From contig QHTE01000062.1 in assembly GCA_003220685.1 (NCBI GenBank), positions 5,624 to 69,623 on the forward strand: a DNA stretch of 64,000 nucleotides, read 5' to 3'. Source of the stretch: Candidatus Rokuibacteriota bacterium. Lineage in GTDB: Bacteria; Methylomirabilota; Methylomirabilia; Rokubacteriales; CSP1-6. Below the pieces are notes generated by a model that saw only the letters and a list, made by a program, of their open reading frames with translations, made no database searches and was not told where the DNA came from. Position 1 is the first letter of the stretch. Each line of letters begins with the position of its first letter. Below, piece by piece: positions 1-10,681 of this stretch. The position numbers and the translations under genes were made by a program.

Positions 1-45
1 AGCTCGAGAATCTCGCCACCCGGCTCGAGTCTCCTTCGACCTACG

Positions 46-1110
46 TCACGCCGGGCGATTCCGGACGGCGCCGATCCTGATCGCCTCGCCGCTCCGCGCG
101 CGCCGCGCGAGCGGCACCAGCACCTCCAGCCCCAGCTTCAGCACGCCGTAGACCAGTCGGACCTCCGTCGATCGAGCGAGCGCGTTCCAGCCCCGGTCGC
201 GCAGCCACGCCGACAGGCTCCAGAGGTACGTGCGCGGCTTCGCCTGGTGCCAGGTCCAGATGACCGTCCCGCCCGCCTTCGCGATCACCGTCTCGAGCGT
301 CGCGGGCGTGAAGTGCGAAAGATGCCTCGGGAGCTCGAGCCCGGCCCAGGCCCCTCCGAAGAGCCTCGCGCCGAGCCCGCCCGCGTTCGGGACCTCCACG
401 ATCAGGAGCCCGCCCGGGGCCAGCCAGTCGAGCATGCGCCGCGCAACCGCGATCGGGTCCGGCACGTGCTCGAGGACGTGGAACGCCGTCACCACGTCGA
501 AGCGGCCCGGCGCGAACGGCGCCGTGAGGACGTCGCCGACGTGCAGCTCGTCGGTGAAGTGTCGCGCCAGCGCGGCCGCGGCATCGTCCATCTCGATGCC
601 GGCGACCCGCCAGCCGAGCGCCGCCGCGACTCCCAGCGCGGCGCCGGAGCCGCAGCCGACGTCGAGGTAGCGGCCCGCGCCGATCCACGGGGGGCAGCTC
701 CACCTGATCCGGCGAAGCATTCGCCGTCCCCGTAGCCTCGTCAGGAGCGAGACGCGCGCGGCGCGCAACGCCTCGTAGCCGAGACCGCTGGCGAGGGCCC
801 AGCGCGCGGCGCGCCGGCGGCCCGATGATCCCTTGATCGGCATCCGCGGCGACGGCTCCTGATGCCGCGGGTAGTGGTCGGGATAGCACGCGGCCAGGTG
901 CTCGTCGCGCACGCGCGGGCGCTGGTAGAGAAAGCCGCAGCCGCGGCAGCGGACCACGGTGTAGTGGCCGGGGACCGCGAAGGCCCGGTCCGGCGTCGCC
1001 CACACCGGGTCGGCGCCGCTGTCGCCGCAGACCGCGCACGGAGCGTCGACCGTCGGCAGCGCGACCGTCAACGGAAGATCGCCTCCATGCGCCGGACCGC
1101 GCGCCCCCAC
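46..1110 (-). CDS. class I SAM-dependent methyltransferase with N-terminal Cys-pair (zinc-ribbon-like) segment
   Basis: 354-aa ORF. Has the [11 protein letters not shown] motif I and CAVCG...CRGCG pairs near the N-terminus. An alternative TTG start at 1071 overlaps the upstream stop (TTGA). Confidence 0.8.
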   Translation of the reverse strand: MGARGPAHGGDLPLTVALPTVDAPCAVCGDSGADPVWATPDRAFAVPGHYTVVRCRGCGFLYQRPRVRDEHLAACYPDHYPRHQEPSPRMPIKGSSGRRRAARWALASGLGYEALRAARVSLLTRLRGRRMLRRIRWSCPPWIGAGRYLDVGCGSGAALGVAAALGWRVAGIEMDDAAAALARHFTDELHVGDVLTAPFAPGRFDVVTAFHVLEHVPDPIAVARRMLDWLAPGGLLIVEVPNAGGLGARLFGGAWAGLELPRHLSHFTPATLETVIAKAGGTVIWTWHQAKPRTYLWSLSAWLRDRGWNALARSTEVRLVYGVLKLGLEVLVPLARRARSGEAIRIGAVRNRPA

Positions 1111-2111
1111 TCGAACGTGTTCCGGACGAACGCCGAGCCCGCCGCGGCGATGCGCGCTCGCAGAGCGCCGTCGGCGGCCAGGCGCTCGAGCTTGGCCGCG
1201 AGATCGCTCACGTCACGCCGCCGCGCGACGAGCGCCGTCTCGCCGTCGTGGGCGTAGTCGCGGCAGCCGCCGTTGTCGTACGTCACGAGGGCGGCGCCGC
1301 AGGCCATCGCTTCCATCGGCGGCATGCCGAGGCCCTCGTCCCACGAGGGGCACAGATAGATCTCGCAGCCGCTGTAGAGCGCCGCCAGTCTGTCTTGAGG
1401 AAGGTCGGCGTGGAACTCGTCGTAGCCGGCGCGCCCGCGCGGCGCGCTGACGCCGAACCCCACGAGGTGAAGACCGGGGACACTCGGCTTGACGCGCGCC
1501 ACCGTCTCGAAGCCGTCGGCCGTCCCTTTCCAGGCGTAGTCGTGATGCAGCATCAGCACGCGCGGGCGCGGGGTGGCGATCGTGACGGGCACGGCGTGGA
1601 AGAGGGCCGGATCGACGGGCGTGACCAGGACCTCCGCCTCGCTGGCGAAGCGCTCGCGCATGACGTCGCGGAGCCACGTCGAGATCACGATCTTCCTGAG
1701 CGGCAGGCGATACGTCGCGTCGACCGTCGCCGCCCGGCCATGATAGAGGCTCTCGTAGTGTTGCACGAAGTAGAACTTCCGCCCGCACCGCGCCGGCGCG
1801 TCGGCGACGACGGCCGCCGACTGCCAGGCGGTCGCGACGAGCACGTCGCCGTCCGGTAAGGCGCTCGGCCGCCATCGGTCCACCCAGACGACGCGCGCGC
1901 GGAAGCCCGGGATCCACTCTGGGCGCGCGCCGGTCACGGACCTCCAGAAGGCCCGGGCGCGATTCTTGGCCGGCACCACGACGGCGACTTCGTGGCCCGC
2001 GGCCGTGAGGCGGTCCGCGTACGTGAGGATCGCGCGCACTCCGCCGGCGATGCGGAGATGCGGACACAGAAACGTGATCTTCACGCGGCGGTCAGATGGC
2101 CATCGAGACAC
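1068..2111 (-). CDS. glycosyltransferase family 4 / group 1
   Basis: 347-aa ORF. N-terminal [15 protein letters not shown] and C-terminal [18 protein letters not shown] motifs are typical of GT-B GT4 enzymes. The likely true start is GTG at 2084 (MKITFL). Confidence 0.8.
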   Translation of the reverse strand: MSRWPSDRRVKITFLCPHLRIAGGVRAILTYADRLTAAGHEVAVVVPAKNRARAFWRSVTGARPEWIPGFRARVVWVDRWRPSALPDGDVLVATAWQSAAVVADAPARCGRKFYFVQHYESLYHGRAATVDATYRLPLRKIVISTWLRDVMRERFASEAEVLVTPVDPALFHAVPVTIATPRPRVLMLHHDYAWKGTADGFETVARVKPSVPGLHLVGFGVSAPRGRAGYDEFHADLPQDRLAALYSGCEIYLCPSWDEGLGMPPMEAMACGAALVTYDNGGCRDYAHDGETALVARRRDVSDLAAKLERLAADGALRARIAAAGSAFVRNTFEWGRAVRRMEAIFR

Positions 2112-2204
2112 AGGGTGAACACGTGGCCCACTCCGGCCTGTTTCAGGGTGCGGGCGACCAGCTGTCCGCCGGTCAGATCGGCCATGGCGCCCCTCCCCTC
2201 ACGG

Positions 2205-3122
2205 TCAGCGCGACCTGAATCGCGGGATGATCTCGGCGGCGATCGTCTCGAGCTGGGCGCGCTCGTCGCGCGGGTCGCCGATCGCGCTCATGACGAAGTA
2301 GGTACAGCCGGCGGCGCGGAACCGCTCGAGCTGCTCGGCGCACTGCTCGGGTGTCCCGATGATGCCGTAGCGCTTGGCGAGCGGCTCGAAGTCCTGCGCG
2401 TAGCGGCGGCTGAGCACGCTCACCCACGCGCGCTTCGCGGCCTCGAAATCGCGGCCGATCGTGATGAAGACCAGGTGGGCCGCCGTGAACGTGTCCAGCG
2501 ATCGCCCGGCCTTCGCCGCCGCGGCGCGGATCTTGTCGAGGCTCTGCGCGTAGCGGTCGGCCTGCACGACGTACGACATCCACCCGTCGCCCTGACGGCC
2601 CGCGCGGGCCAGCGCCGCGTCGGAGCGGCCGCCGATCCAGATCGGTGGAAGCTGCTGCACGGGCTTGGGGTCGATCGACACCGAGTCGAAGCGCGTGAAG
2701 CGCCCATGGACGCTGGCCGGCGTGTCGCGCCAGAGCGTGCGCACCACGTCGATACCCTCGTTCACCCTGGCGCCGCGCTCCTTGTGCGGGACGCCGCAGA
2801 GCTCGAACTCCTTCGGGTTCTCGCCGCCGACGCCGACGCCGAAGATCAGCCGACCGTCCGACAGCACGTCGAGCGTCGCGGTCTGCTTGGCCGCCACCGC
2901 CGGCGCGCGGAGTGCCAGGAGGTAGACACCCACGCCGAGCTTGATCCGGCGCGTGATGGGCGCGTAGGACGCGAGCAGGGTGATCGATTCGTGGATCGGG
3001 TTGTGGAACGACATGTGGTCGCCGGTCCACACGGAGTCGTAGCCGACGGCCTCGACGCGCTGGACGAGCTCGAACTGCTCGGCGGGCGGATGGAGCGAGA
3101 GCTGGGCGCCGAAGCCGATCAC
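2205..3122 (-). CDS. luciferase-like (LLM) class F420-dependent oxidoreductase
   Basis: 305-aa ORF. VGYDSVWTGDHMSF and GRLIFGVGVGGENPKEF are typical of the LLM/F420 family. Confidence 0.75.
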   Translation of the reverse strand: MIGFGAQLSLHPPAEQFELVQRVEAVGYDSVWTGDHMSFHNPIHESITLLASYAPITRRIKLGVGVYLLALRAPAVAAKQTATLDVLSDGRLIFGVGVGGENPKEFELCGVPHKERGARVNEGIDVVRTLWRDTPASVHGRFTRFDSVSIDPKPVQQLPPIWIGGRSDAALARAGRQGDGWMSYVVQADRYAQSLDKIRAAAAKAGRSLDTFTAAHLVFITIGRDFEAAKRAWVSVLSRRYAQDFEPLAKRYGIIGTPEQCAEQLERFRAAGCTYFVMSAIGDPRDERAQLETIAAEIIPRFRSR

Positions 3123-3126
3123 CGGA

Positions 3127-5187
3127 TCACCTCGGGAACGCGTCCCGCACGCCGCCGTCGACCGCCACCGAGCAGCCGGTCGTCTTGGCGGAGCGGTCCG
3201 ACGCCAGAAAGAGCACGGCCTCGGCGACGTCCTCGGGCAGGATGCCGACGCCGAGCAGGTTGCGCGTTCGATAGAAGTCCTCGAGGCGGTCGACCGTGAT
3301 CCCCTGCGCCGCGGCGCGCTCGCGCCGGATCTCGTCCGACCAGAGCTTCGAGTCCTGGAACACGGCGTCGGGGTTCACGATGTTCGAGCGGATCCCGTGC
3401 GGCGCGCCCTCCAGCGCCAGCACCTTGGCGAGCTGGGCCTCGGCCGCCTTCGCCGCGGAGTACGCCGCGAAGTCCTTGCCCGGCGACATCACGTTCTTGG
3501 TCGCGACGAAGACGAGCGCGCCGCCGAGCCCCTGGGCGATCAAGAGCCGCATCGCCTCGCGGGCGACGATGAAGTGGCCGGTGGAGTTCACCGCGAACGA
3601 GCGCTCCCAGTCGGCGAGCTCGAGGCGCACCACCGGGGCCGAATGCGCGATGCCCGCGTTCGACACGAGGATGTCGAGGCCGCCGTAGGCGAGCACGGTC
3701 TCCTCGAACGCCGCCCGCACCGACGCCTCCTGCGTGACGTCCATCTCGAGCCCGAGTGCCCGCCCGGCGCCCACTGCCGCGACGATCTCGTCGGCGGTCC
3801 GCCGGGCCGTCGCGCCGTCGAGGTCGCCGATCACCACATGGGCGCCTTCGGCGGCGAGCTTCTTCGCGACGGCGCGCCCGATGCCGGAGCCCCCGCCCGT
3901 GACCAGGGCGATCCGCCGCGCCAGCTCCTTCTCGGGCGGCGCCAAGGTGAGCTTGTAGAGCTCGAGTGGCCAGTACTCGACGTCGAAGGCGTCCTTCGCC
4001 GAAAGCGAGACGTACCGCCCGAACGCTTCGGCGTTGCCGAGCACGCCGATCGTGTGGCGGTAGATGTCGTCGACGATGCCCGCGGTCCGACGGTCCTTGC
4101 CGGCCGTGAACATGCCGAGCCCGGGCACGAGCACGACCCGTGGGAGCGGGTCGAGCAGCTGAGCGCCCTCGAACCGATGGTCCTCGACATAACGGGTGTA
4201 GTCCGCGACGAAGCCCTCGATCGACCGCTCGATCGCCACGAACAGCGCCTCGGCCCCCTCGCCGCCGGTCGCCTCGACGTAGCACGGAAGCCGCTTGGCG
4301 TAGATCGTGTGATCGGGGGTCGCTGGGCCGACCTGCGAGACGCGCGCCGCATCGACCGACGACACGAACTCGGCGACGTCGGGCGAGTCGTCGAACCCGA
4401 CCAGGACGCGCCGGCTGCGGCTCAGCACCCCGCGCAGCCGCGGCGCGAGCGCCAGCGCCGTCCGGCGCCGCGCCGCCGGCTCGAGCACCGGCACGCGCGC
4501 GCCGCCGAACACGCGTCGGCCCTTCTTTCGCTCGGCGATCGCCTCTTCGGCGCGGCTGATCAGCTCGATCGTCGCCTCGTACGCCTCGCGGACGGTCACC
4601 CCCCAGGTGATCGTGCCGTGCCGCTCGAGCAGGAGCGCCTTGGCCTCGGGCCGCTCGGCGATCGCGTCGGCCACGTCGCGCGAGATCTTGAACCCGGGCC
4701 GGCGATACCCGAGCGCGATGACGTCCTTGCCGTAGACGGCCTGGAGCACGTCGTGGGCGCGGTCGTTGTTCGTCAGCGAGACGACGGCATCCGCGTGGGT
4801 GTGGACGATCGCCGGCGCGCTGAGAAACCCGTGCAGCAGGGTCTCGATCGACGGGCGCACGCCCCCCGGCTCCTGCAGCGCGTGGGCGAGATAGCTCACC
4901 ATCTCCTCGTCGCTCATCTCAGTCCGGTCCAGGAGCGCCGTGATGTCGTCCATCCGCACGCCCGGGAAGTCCTTGCGCTGGACCGATTTGAGGTCGGAGC
5001 CGCTTCCCTTGACGCGGAGCACGGAAATCTCCCGGCCGCGGTGGTCGCGCTCGCGAGTCTTGATCGAGGTGTTGCCGCCGCCCCAGATGACGAGCGAGCT
5101 TTCGGCGCCGACGAGGCGCGAGGCGTAGACGAGAAGATCGAGGCCGTGGAGCTGGCTCGCCTCGGCGTCGTTCCAGCGGGAGCGCAT
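3127..5187 (-). CDS. bifunctional class II aldolase/adducin-domain + short-chain dehydrogenase (rhamnulose-1-phosphate aldolase/SDR-type)
   Basis: 686-aa ORF. The N-terminal aldolase-like half has HTHADAV. The C-terminal SDR half has VTGGGSGIGRA and the YSAAKAA catalytic motif. Confidence 0.85.
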   Translation of the reverse strand: MRSRWNDAEASQLHGLDLLVYASRLVGAESSLVIWGGGNTSIKTRERDHRGREISVLRVKGSGSDLKSVQRKDFPGVRMDDITALLDRTEMSDEEMVSYLAHALQEPGGVRPSIETLLHGFLSAPAIVHTHADAVVSLTNNDRAHDVLQAVYGKDVIALGYRRPGFKISRDVADAIAERPEAKALLLERHGTITWGVTVREAYEATIELISRAEEAIAERKKGRRVFGGARVPVLEPAARRRTALALAPRLRGVLSRSRRVLVGFDDSPDVAEFVSSVDAARVSQVGPATPDHTIYAKRLPCYVEATGGEGAEALFVAIERSIEGFVADYTRYVEDHRFEGAQLLDPLPRVVLVPGLGMFTAGKDRRTAGIVDDIYRHTIGVLGNAEAFGRYVSLSAKDAFDVEYWPLELYKLTLAPPEKELARRIALVTGGGSGIGRAVAKKLAAEGAHVVIGDLDGATARRTADEIVAAVGAGRALGLEMDVTQEASVRAAFEETVLAYGGLDILVSNAGIAHSAPVVRLELADWERSFAVNSTGHFIVAREAMRLLIAQGLGGALVFVATKNVMSPGKDFAAYSAAKAAEAQLAKVLALEGAPHGIRSNIVNPDAVFQDSKLWSDEIRRERAAAQGITVDRLEDFYRTRNLLGVGILPEDVAEAVLFLASDRSAKTTGCSVAVDGGVRDAFPR

Positions 5188-5204
5188 GCCGCACTCACGA
5201 TACC

Positions 5205-5906
5205 ATGATCCTCGTGAGGCGCTCTGGCGCGATCCTGGCGGCCGCCGTCCTGGCGGCGCTCCCGGCGGCGGCCGCGGCAGACGGCATCATGCTGGTGCAG
5301 GCCGGAGCCTTCTGGATGGGGCGAGACAACGGCCCGGCGGACGAAGCGCCTCTGCACCGGGTCTACGTACGCGACTTCTGGATCGAGCGCCACAAGGTCA
5401 CCAACGCCGAGTTCGCCCACTTCCTGAACGCGGCCGGCCTCCGGCCGCCCGGCAGCGAGCGACGCTACGACGAGGACGACGCGGACGTCCGCATCCACCG
5501 AGCTCCAGGCCGGTGGGTCGCCGATCCGGGGTTCGAGCGCCACCCGGTGGTGGAAGTCTCCTGGTTCGGCGCGCGCGACTACTGCGCCTGGAAGGGGCGG
5601 CGCCTGCCGACGGAGGCGGAGTGGGAGAAGGCCGCCCGCGGCGACGACCGCCTGCGCGAGTGGACGCTCACCGTCCTCCGCCCCTATCCTTATAGGACCG
5701 ACGGCGACCGGGAGCCGTACACGGGCGCGAGCGGGCGCGTGGTCGTTCGCGGCGCGCGCCACGACGACCCGGCCGACTCGCTCGGCCTGACCCGGCGGCG
5801 CTCCTACGACCGCCGCGGCGCGGCGGCCGGCCACCACTTCGTCGGCTTCCGCTGCGCCACGTCGGAGGATCTGGGAGAGGTCGCTCCAGGAGGGCGATCC
5901 GAATGA
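5205..5906 (+). CDS. formylglycine-generating enzyme (SUMF1/FGE-sulfatase) family protein, secreted
   Basis: 233-aa ORF. Has a signal peptide, then FWMGRD..., [11 protein letters not shown] and [24 protein letters not shown]. Confidence 0.8.
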   Translation: MILVRRSGAILAAAVLAALPAAAAADGIMLVQAGAFWMGRDNGPADEAPLHRVYVRDFWIERHKVTNAEFAHFLNAAGLRPPGSERRYDEDDADVRIHRAPGRWVADPGFERHPVVEVSWFGARDYCAWKGRRLPTEAEWEKAARGDDRLREWTLTVLRPYPYRTDGDREPYTGASGRVVVRGARHDDPADSLGLTRRRSYDRRGAAAGHHFVGFRCATSEDLGEVAPGGRSE

Positions 5907-6379
5907 CCGCGCGCTTCGACAACCTGATGATGAACTATCCGCTCACCTTGACGCACTTCTTCGCCGATCGCTTCACCGCCGACGGATGGTTCCGCACCGG
6001 CGACGTCGCCACGATCGACGCCGACGGCTACGTGCAGATCACCGACCGGACCAAGGACCTGATCAAGTCCGGCGGCGAATGGGTGTCGAGCGTCGACGTC
6101 GAGAATCTGATCATGAGCCACCCGAAAGTCCTGGAGGCGGCGGTCATCGCGGTGCCGCACCCGAAGTGGGTCGAGCGATCGCTGGCGTGCGTGGTGCCCA
6201 AGCCGGGCAGCGCGCTCGAGCCGGGCGAGATCATCGACTTCCTGCGCCCGCAGCTGGCGCGGTGGGCGCTGCCCGATGGGGTCGAGATCATCGACGCCGT
6301 GCCCAAGACGAGCGTCGGCAAGTTCGACAAGAAGGTGCTGCGGGAGCGCTACAAGAGCTGGACGTCGCGGGAGGCGTAG
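5903..6379 (+). pseudogene. internally deleted acyl-CoA synthetase (AMP-binding) remnant
   Basis: 158-aa ORF. A FadD-type extreme N-terminus ([13 protein letters not shown]) is joined in frame to only the C-terminal subdomain (GWFRTGDVA...[13 protein letters not shown]...[10 protein letters not shown]). The whole adenylation core is missing. Confidence 0.7.
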
Positions 6380-6457
6380 ACCCCCGGGATGTCAGTTGGG
6401 GTAAGATGACGAGCCACATGGCGCTGTGGTAACCACGTGCGACCAATAGGAGAACGC

Positions 6458-7710
6458 ATGTCCTCACTGACCCGACGGCACTTCCTGACGACCACGACCG
6501 GGGCGGGTCTCGCGGGAGTCCTCGCGACCGGTATCCCGCCCGTGCGCGGGCAGCAGCGGGAGATCTCGTACCTCTGCTGGAACAACTTCGCGCCGGCCTC
6601 GGACAAGAAGCTCGCCGAGATCGGTCAGCGCTTCACGAAGGACACGGGCATCAAGATCAAGATCGACCACATCAATGCCGAGCAGCAGCCGGCGAAGTAC
6701 GCCTCCGAGGTCCAGACGCAGGCAGGCCACGACCTGGTCGAGATGCGGATGCACTTCCCCTGGCTCTACGAGCCGCAGCTGATCGATGTCAGCGACATCG
6801 TCGCCGATCTGGAGAAGAAGTACGGCAAGGCGATTTCCTCGGCGCAGGAAACCGCCAGGGTCAAGGGCACGTGGCGGGCCGTGCCGCAGTATCACGCGAT
6901 GTTCGTGGCGACCTACCGCGAAGATCTCTTCAAGAAGGCGAGCCTCAAGATTCCCGAGACGTGGGAGGACCTCTACGTCGCCGGCAAGGAGCTGAAGAAG
7001 ATGGGGCACCCCGTCGGGATCCCCATCAACCAGAACCTCGACTCGATCTCGACGGCGGGGCCGATTCTCTGGTCGCTGGGGGGCATCGAAGTCGACAAGG
7101 ACGGCAAGACGGTCCGGATCAACAGCCCGCAGACCGCGGAGCTGATCGAGTGGTACCGGAAGATGTTCCGCGACTGCATGGAGCCGGAGGTCCTCTCCTG
7201 GGACAACGCAAGCAACAACCAGTCGATCACAACCCGGTCAGCGCTTACATCGTCGCGAAGCAGATGAAGCTGCCGACCGCCGACACCATCAACCACCACC
7301 GGACACCGGGCGGGCCCAACGGTCGCCACGAGACGGACGCGCCGCGCCACATCGGCATCTGGAAGTTCTCGAAGAACGCCGAGCCGGCCAAGGAGTTCAT
7401 CCGCTACCTGCTGGGGCGCCCCGAGACGTACAACGAGTACATCATGTCCGGCGACGCGTTCAACCTGCCGGCGTACGACAAGCTGCAGGACCATCCGGTG
7501 CTGAAGACCGATGCCAAGTACGCGGCGCTCAAATCGGAAGGCGTTCAGTATCACGCCTACGGCTGGCCGGCGCCGCCGAGCGACAAGGTGCAGCTGATCA
7601 CCAACTCGTTCATCCTGCCGATCATGCTCGCCAAGGCGGTGACCGGGACATCCACGAAGGATGCGATGGCATGGGCCGAAGGCGAGATGAAGAAGATCAT
7701 TGCGGGGTGA
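6458..7710 (+). pseudogene. sugar-type ABC transporter substrate-binding protein (Tat signal), frameshifted
   Basis: Starts after an AGGAGA Shine-Dalgarno site. Has the Tat motif SLTRRHFLTT. The reading frame switches from frame 2 to frame 1 near 7215-7235 (...SWDNASNNQ | VDHNPVSAYIVAKQ...). The C-terminal half continues in ORF 6871..7710. Confidence 0.7.
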
Positions 7711-7716
7711 GCTGAC

Positions 7717-8658
7717 ATGGCGATTGGCAGCGTAGGCGTCGTCACGGCGAGGGCGCGCCCGTCGCTCAGATCGCGGATGAGCGAGCTGCTCGATCGCGAG
7801 AGCTGGCTCGGCCCGATCTTCGTGAGCCCCGCCCTGGTTCTGCTCCTGCTCCTGGTCGCGTATCCGTTCTTCATGGCGCTGTATTTTTCGGTCTCGAACG
7901 CCTTCATCGGGAGACCGAGCAGCTTCATCGGCATCCGTAACTTCGTCAGGCTCTGGGAGAGCGACGCGTTCCGGCAAACGTTCCAGAACGCGTTCGTCTT
8001 CTGCGGAGCGGCCGTCGGCGCCAAGGTCGTGCTGGGGATCGCCCTCGCACTGCTGCTGAACCAGCAGCTCTGGTTCAAGCGGATGATTCGTGGGGCCGTC
8101 CTGCTACCCTGGGTGATCCCGACCGCCCTGTCCACACTCGGCTGGTCATGGATGTTCAACTCGCTCTACAGCGTCGTGAACTGGACCGGGCTGGCCCTCG
8201 GCATCATGGACCCGCCGGGGCCGAACTGGCTCGGCCAGAAGTACTACGCGATGACGGCGGTCGTCGTCGTCAACATCTGGCGCGGCCTGCCGTTCTTCGC
8301 GATCACCTTGCTGGCGGGGCTCGTCGCGATCCCGAAGGAGCTCTACGAGGCGGCCGAGGCCGACGGCGCCGGGCCGATCGCGCGCTTCTGGTACGTCACC
8401 TTGCCCTTGCTCAAGGGGGTGCTCGGCATCGTGGTGCTCTTCTCCACGATCTTCACCTTCAGCGAATTCAACATCGTCTACGTCCTGACTCACGGCGGGC
8501 CGATGAACTCGACCCACCTCTTCGCGACCCTGGCGCGGCAGGTCGGCCTCGAGACCGGCCGGATCGGCGAGGGCGCCGCGATCTCGCTCTACCTCTTCCC
8601 GGCGCTGATGATCGTCGTGTGGGCTCAGCTCCGCTTCGTCAGAAAGCAGGCGTACTGA
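7717..8658 (+). CDS. carbohydrate ABC transporter permease (MalF/UgpA-like)
   Basis: 313-aa ORF with multiple TM segments and the EAA-loop region YEAAEADGAGPIARFWYVTLPLL. Confidence 0.85.
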   Translation: MAIGSVGVVTARARPSLRSRMSELLDRESWLGPIFVSPALVLLLLLVAYPFFMALYFSVSNAFIGRPSSFIGIRNFVRLWESDAFRQTFQNAFVFCGAAVGAKVVLGIALALLLNQQLWFKRMIRGAVLLPWVIPTALSTLGWSWMFNSLYSVVNWTGLALGIMDPPGPNWLGQKYYAMTAVVVVNIWRGLPFFAITLLAGLVAIPKELYEAAEADGAGPIARFWYVTLPLLKGVLGIVVLFSTIFTFSEFNIVYVLTHGGPMNSTHLFATLARQVGLETGRIGEGAAISLYLFPALMIVVWAQLRFVRKQAY

Positions 8659-9497
8659 TGAATCGACGCCAGCTCACCAACCGACTGCTGGCGCACCTGG
8701 GGCTGCTGCCGTTCATCATCTTCGCGGTGTTCCCCTTCTATCACATGACGTTGACGTCGTTGAAGCAGAACCGCGAGCTCTACGATCGCACCGCGGTGCC
8801 GCTCTTGATCCAGCAAGGGCCGACCTTCGACCACTACGCCAAGCTCCTGTGGGAGACCGAATTCCTGACCTGGACGAAGAACAGCCTCCTGGTCACGGTG
8901 CTCGCCACATTCATCTCGCTCGTCCTCGGCACGATCGCCGCCTACGCGCTGGCGCGACTGAAGTTCTTCGCGGTCGGGAGCCTCGGCACCGGGATCTTCG
9001 TCACGTACCTGGTGCCGACGTCCCTGCTGTTCCTCCCGCTGGCGCAGGTCGTCAACTGGCTCGGGCTCGGCGACTCGAAGTGGGCGCTCGTGGTCACCTA
9101 CCCGACGTTCCTCGTCCCCTTCTGCACGTGGCTCCTGATGGGCTACTTCCGCACCGTGCCGAAGGAAGTCGAAGAGTGCGCGATGGTCGACGGCGCGACG
9201 CGTATCCAGGCGCTCTGGCGGATCGTGCTGCCGATCGCGGTGCCGGGCCTCGTCTGCGCGGCGCTCTTCGCCTTCACGCTCTCCTGGAACGAGTTCATCT
9301 ACGCGCTCACGTTCACGTCCTCGTCCGAGCAGATCACCGCGAGCGTCGGCGTGACGACCGAGCTGATCCGCGGCGACATCTACTACTGGGGCTCGCTGAT
9401 GGCCGGCGCGGTCCTCGCGTCGGTCCCGATCGTGATCCTCTACGTCTTCTTCCTCGACTACTACGTCTCCGGCTTAACCGCCGGCGCGATCAAGTAG
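8658..9497 (+). CDS. carbohydrate ABC transporter permease (MalG/UgpE-like)
   Basis: The ATG at 8658 overlaps the upstream stop (TGATG). 279 aa. Has the EAA-loop EECAMVDGATRIQALWRIVLPIA. Confidence 0.85.
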   Translation: MNRRQLTNRLLAHLGLLPFIIFAVFPFYHMTLTSLKQNRELYDRTAVPLLIQQGPTFDHYAKLLWETEFLTWTKNSLLVTVLATFISLVLGTIAAYALARLKFFAVGSLGTGIFVTYLVPTSLLFLPLAQVVNWLGLGDSKWALVVTYPTFLVPFCTWLLMGYFRTVPKEVEECAMVDGATRIQALWRIVLPIAVPGLVCAALFAFTLSWNEFIYALTFTSSSEQITASVGVTTELIRGDIYYWGSLMAGAVLASVPIVILYVFFLDYYVSGLTAGAIK

Positions 9498-9526
9498 CGC
9501 GCCGGCCGGATCGACTCCGGCCGCGC
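9498..9526 (+). terminator. GC-rich hairpin after the ABC permease operon (no U-tract)
   Basis: cgcgccggccgg-atcgact-ccggccgcgc forms 7 bp + bulge + 3 bp immediately after the stop at 9495-9497. Confidence 0.3.
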
Positions 9527-9783
9527 CTAAAGCCGCTGTGCTCCTCGAAGGAGCCGGTGACCGGATCCGGCACGACAGACCATAGCTGGGGCCTCGACAA
9601 GGCGCTCGACGAGGCCACAGCTCTGCGCGCCGCGCTCGATTTCATCGATCGCCAGCACACCGCTACGATACCGCCGATTTCACGCGGGGGGCCCGTCGTG
9701 GTCAGCGTCCCGCCGCTCCGCCAGCCCCGGTATTACATCGTGCAGATTCTCGAGATGTTCGACGAGGTCGTCTAGGACGAGAC

Positions 9784-10512
9784 CTAACGCGTCGAGCCGA
9801 CGAACGCTTCGAGCATGCCGTCGGCGCAGATGCGCCGCGCGGTGATCGCCCGGCGCATCGCGAGCCGGCCTCGGGCCTGCGCCTCATCGCTGGTCGCGAG
9901 CTGGGACAGGATGCGGACGGCGCGCTCGGCGTGGTCGCCCTCCACCTCCATGTGCACGTGGTAGAAGTCGAGCGCCGCGCGCGCGACGCCGTAGTGGCGC
10001 TCCATGGCGTCGGCCATGCGCTGGACGTGGGTCGCGTTGAGCGACTCGGTGGCGATGTTGCCACCGCAGAGCGCCTCGATCGTGGACGATCGCTGCAGCA
10101 GGAAGAGCTCGTTCTTCTCGATGATCGTGGTCGGCAGGTACTCGGTGGCGAAGAGCTCGTCGCGCGAGATCCCCAGCGCCTCGGCCAGCCGGATGAAGAG
10201 AAATGCGTGCGCCGTCGTCTTACCCCCGACGGTGTCCTCGCCGCCTTCCTCGACGACGAGCGGAATCAGCGCGCGCTGGCGCTCGAGGTCCTCGTACGTC
10301 GGCGAGTAGCCGCCGACCAAGATGATTTTCCACGCCGCGTGGCGAAGCGTGTCGAGGAAGAAGCAGCCCTGCTGGCGGATCACGCTCTGCAGCTGCGCGC
10401 GGCTGAGCTTGCCGTCCCAGATCATGTGGAACAGCGGGTGGTGGAGCCAGGGATGCGTCTGACGCGCTTCCTCGAGAAGCGCGGTGGTGAACGCGGCGGC
10501 CGTCAGCGCCAT
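9784..10512 (-). CDS. heme-oxygenase-like / iron-containing redox enzyme family protein (TenA/PqqC-like fold)
   Basis: Start trimmed to MALTAAAFTT. An all-helical protein with HPLFHMIWDGKLS and HMEVEGDHAERA motifs resembling the Haem_oxygenase_2 family. Confidence 0.5.
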   Translation of the reverse strand: MALTAAAFTTALLEEARQTHPWLHHPLFHMIWDGKLSRAQLQSVIRQQGCFFLDTLRHAAWKIILVGGYSPTYEDLERQRALIPLVVEEGGEDTVGGKTTAHAFLFIRLAEALGISRDELFATEYLPTTIIEKNELFLLQRSSTIEALCGGNIATESLNATHVQRMADAMERHYGVARAALDFYHVHMEVEGDHAERAVRILSQLATSDEAQARGRLAMRRAITARRICADGMLEAFVGSTR

Positions 10513-10681
10513 GCGATTCCTCCTGGAGCGCGAGTCTGGCCGGGCCATTGTACCCGTTCGCGCGTGCGCCTGAAGATCCGACCGCCGCACGGATGGCACG
10601 AGACGGCGGGACATGGTCTATAGTGGACGCCTTGGAGAGGCGCTGGATTCTGGACAACACGTGCTGGAGGAGATACGACAC

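Noticed and set aside
9557-9775. A possible 72-aa ORF (GTG after GAAGGAG) in the gap between the sugar ABC operon and the heme-oxygenase-like gene.
   Set aside because: The SD-start spacing is only 3 nt. There is no recognisable motif. The frame is the tail of a long spurious ORF (8849..9775). I cannot support it without homolog or expression data.
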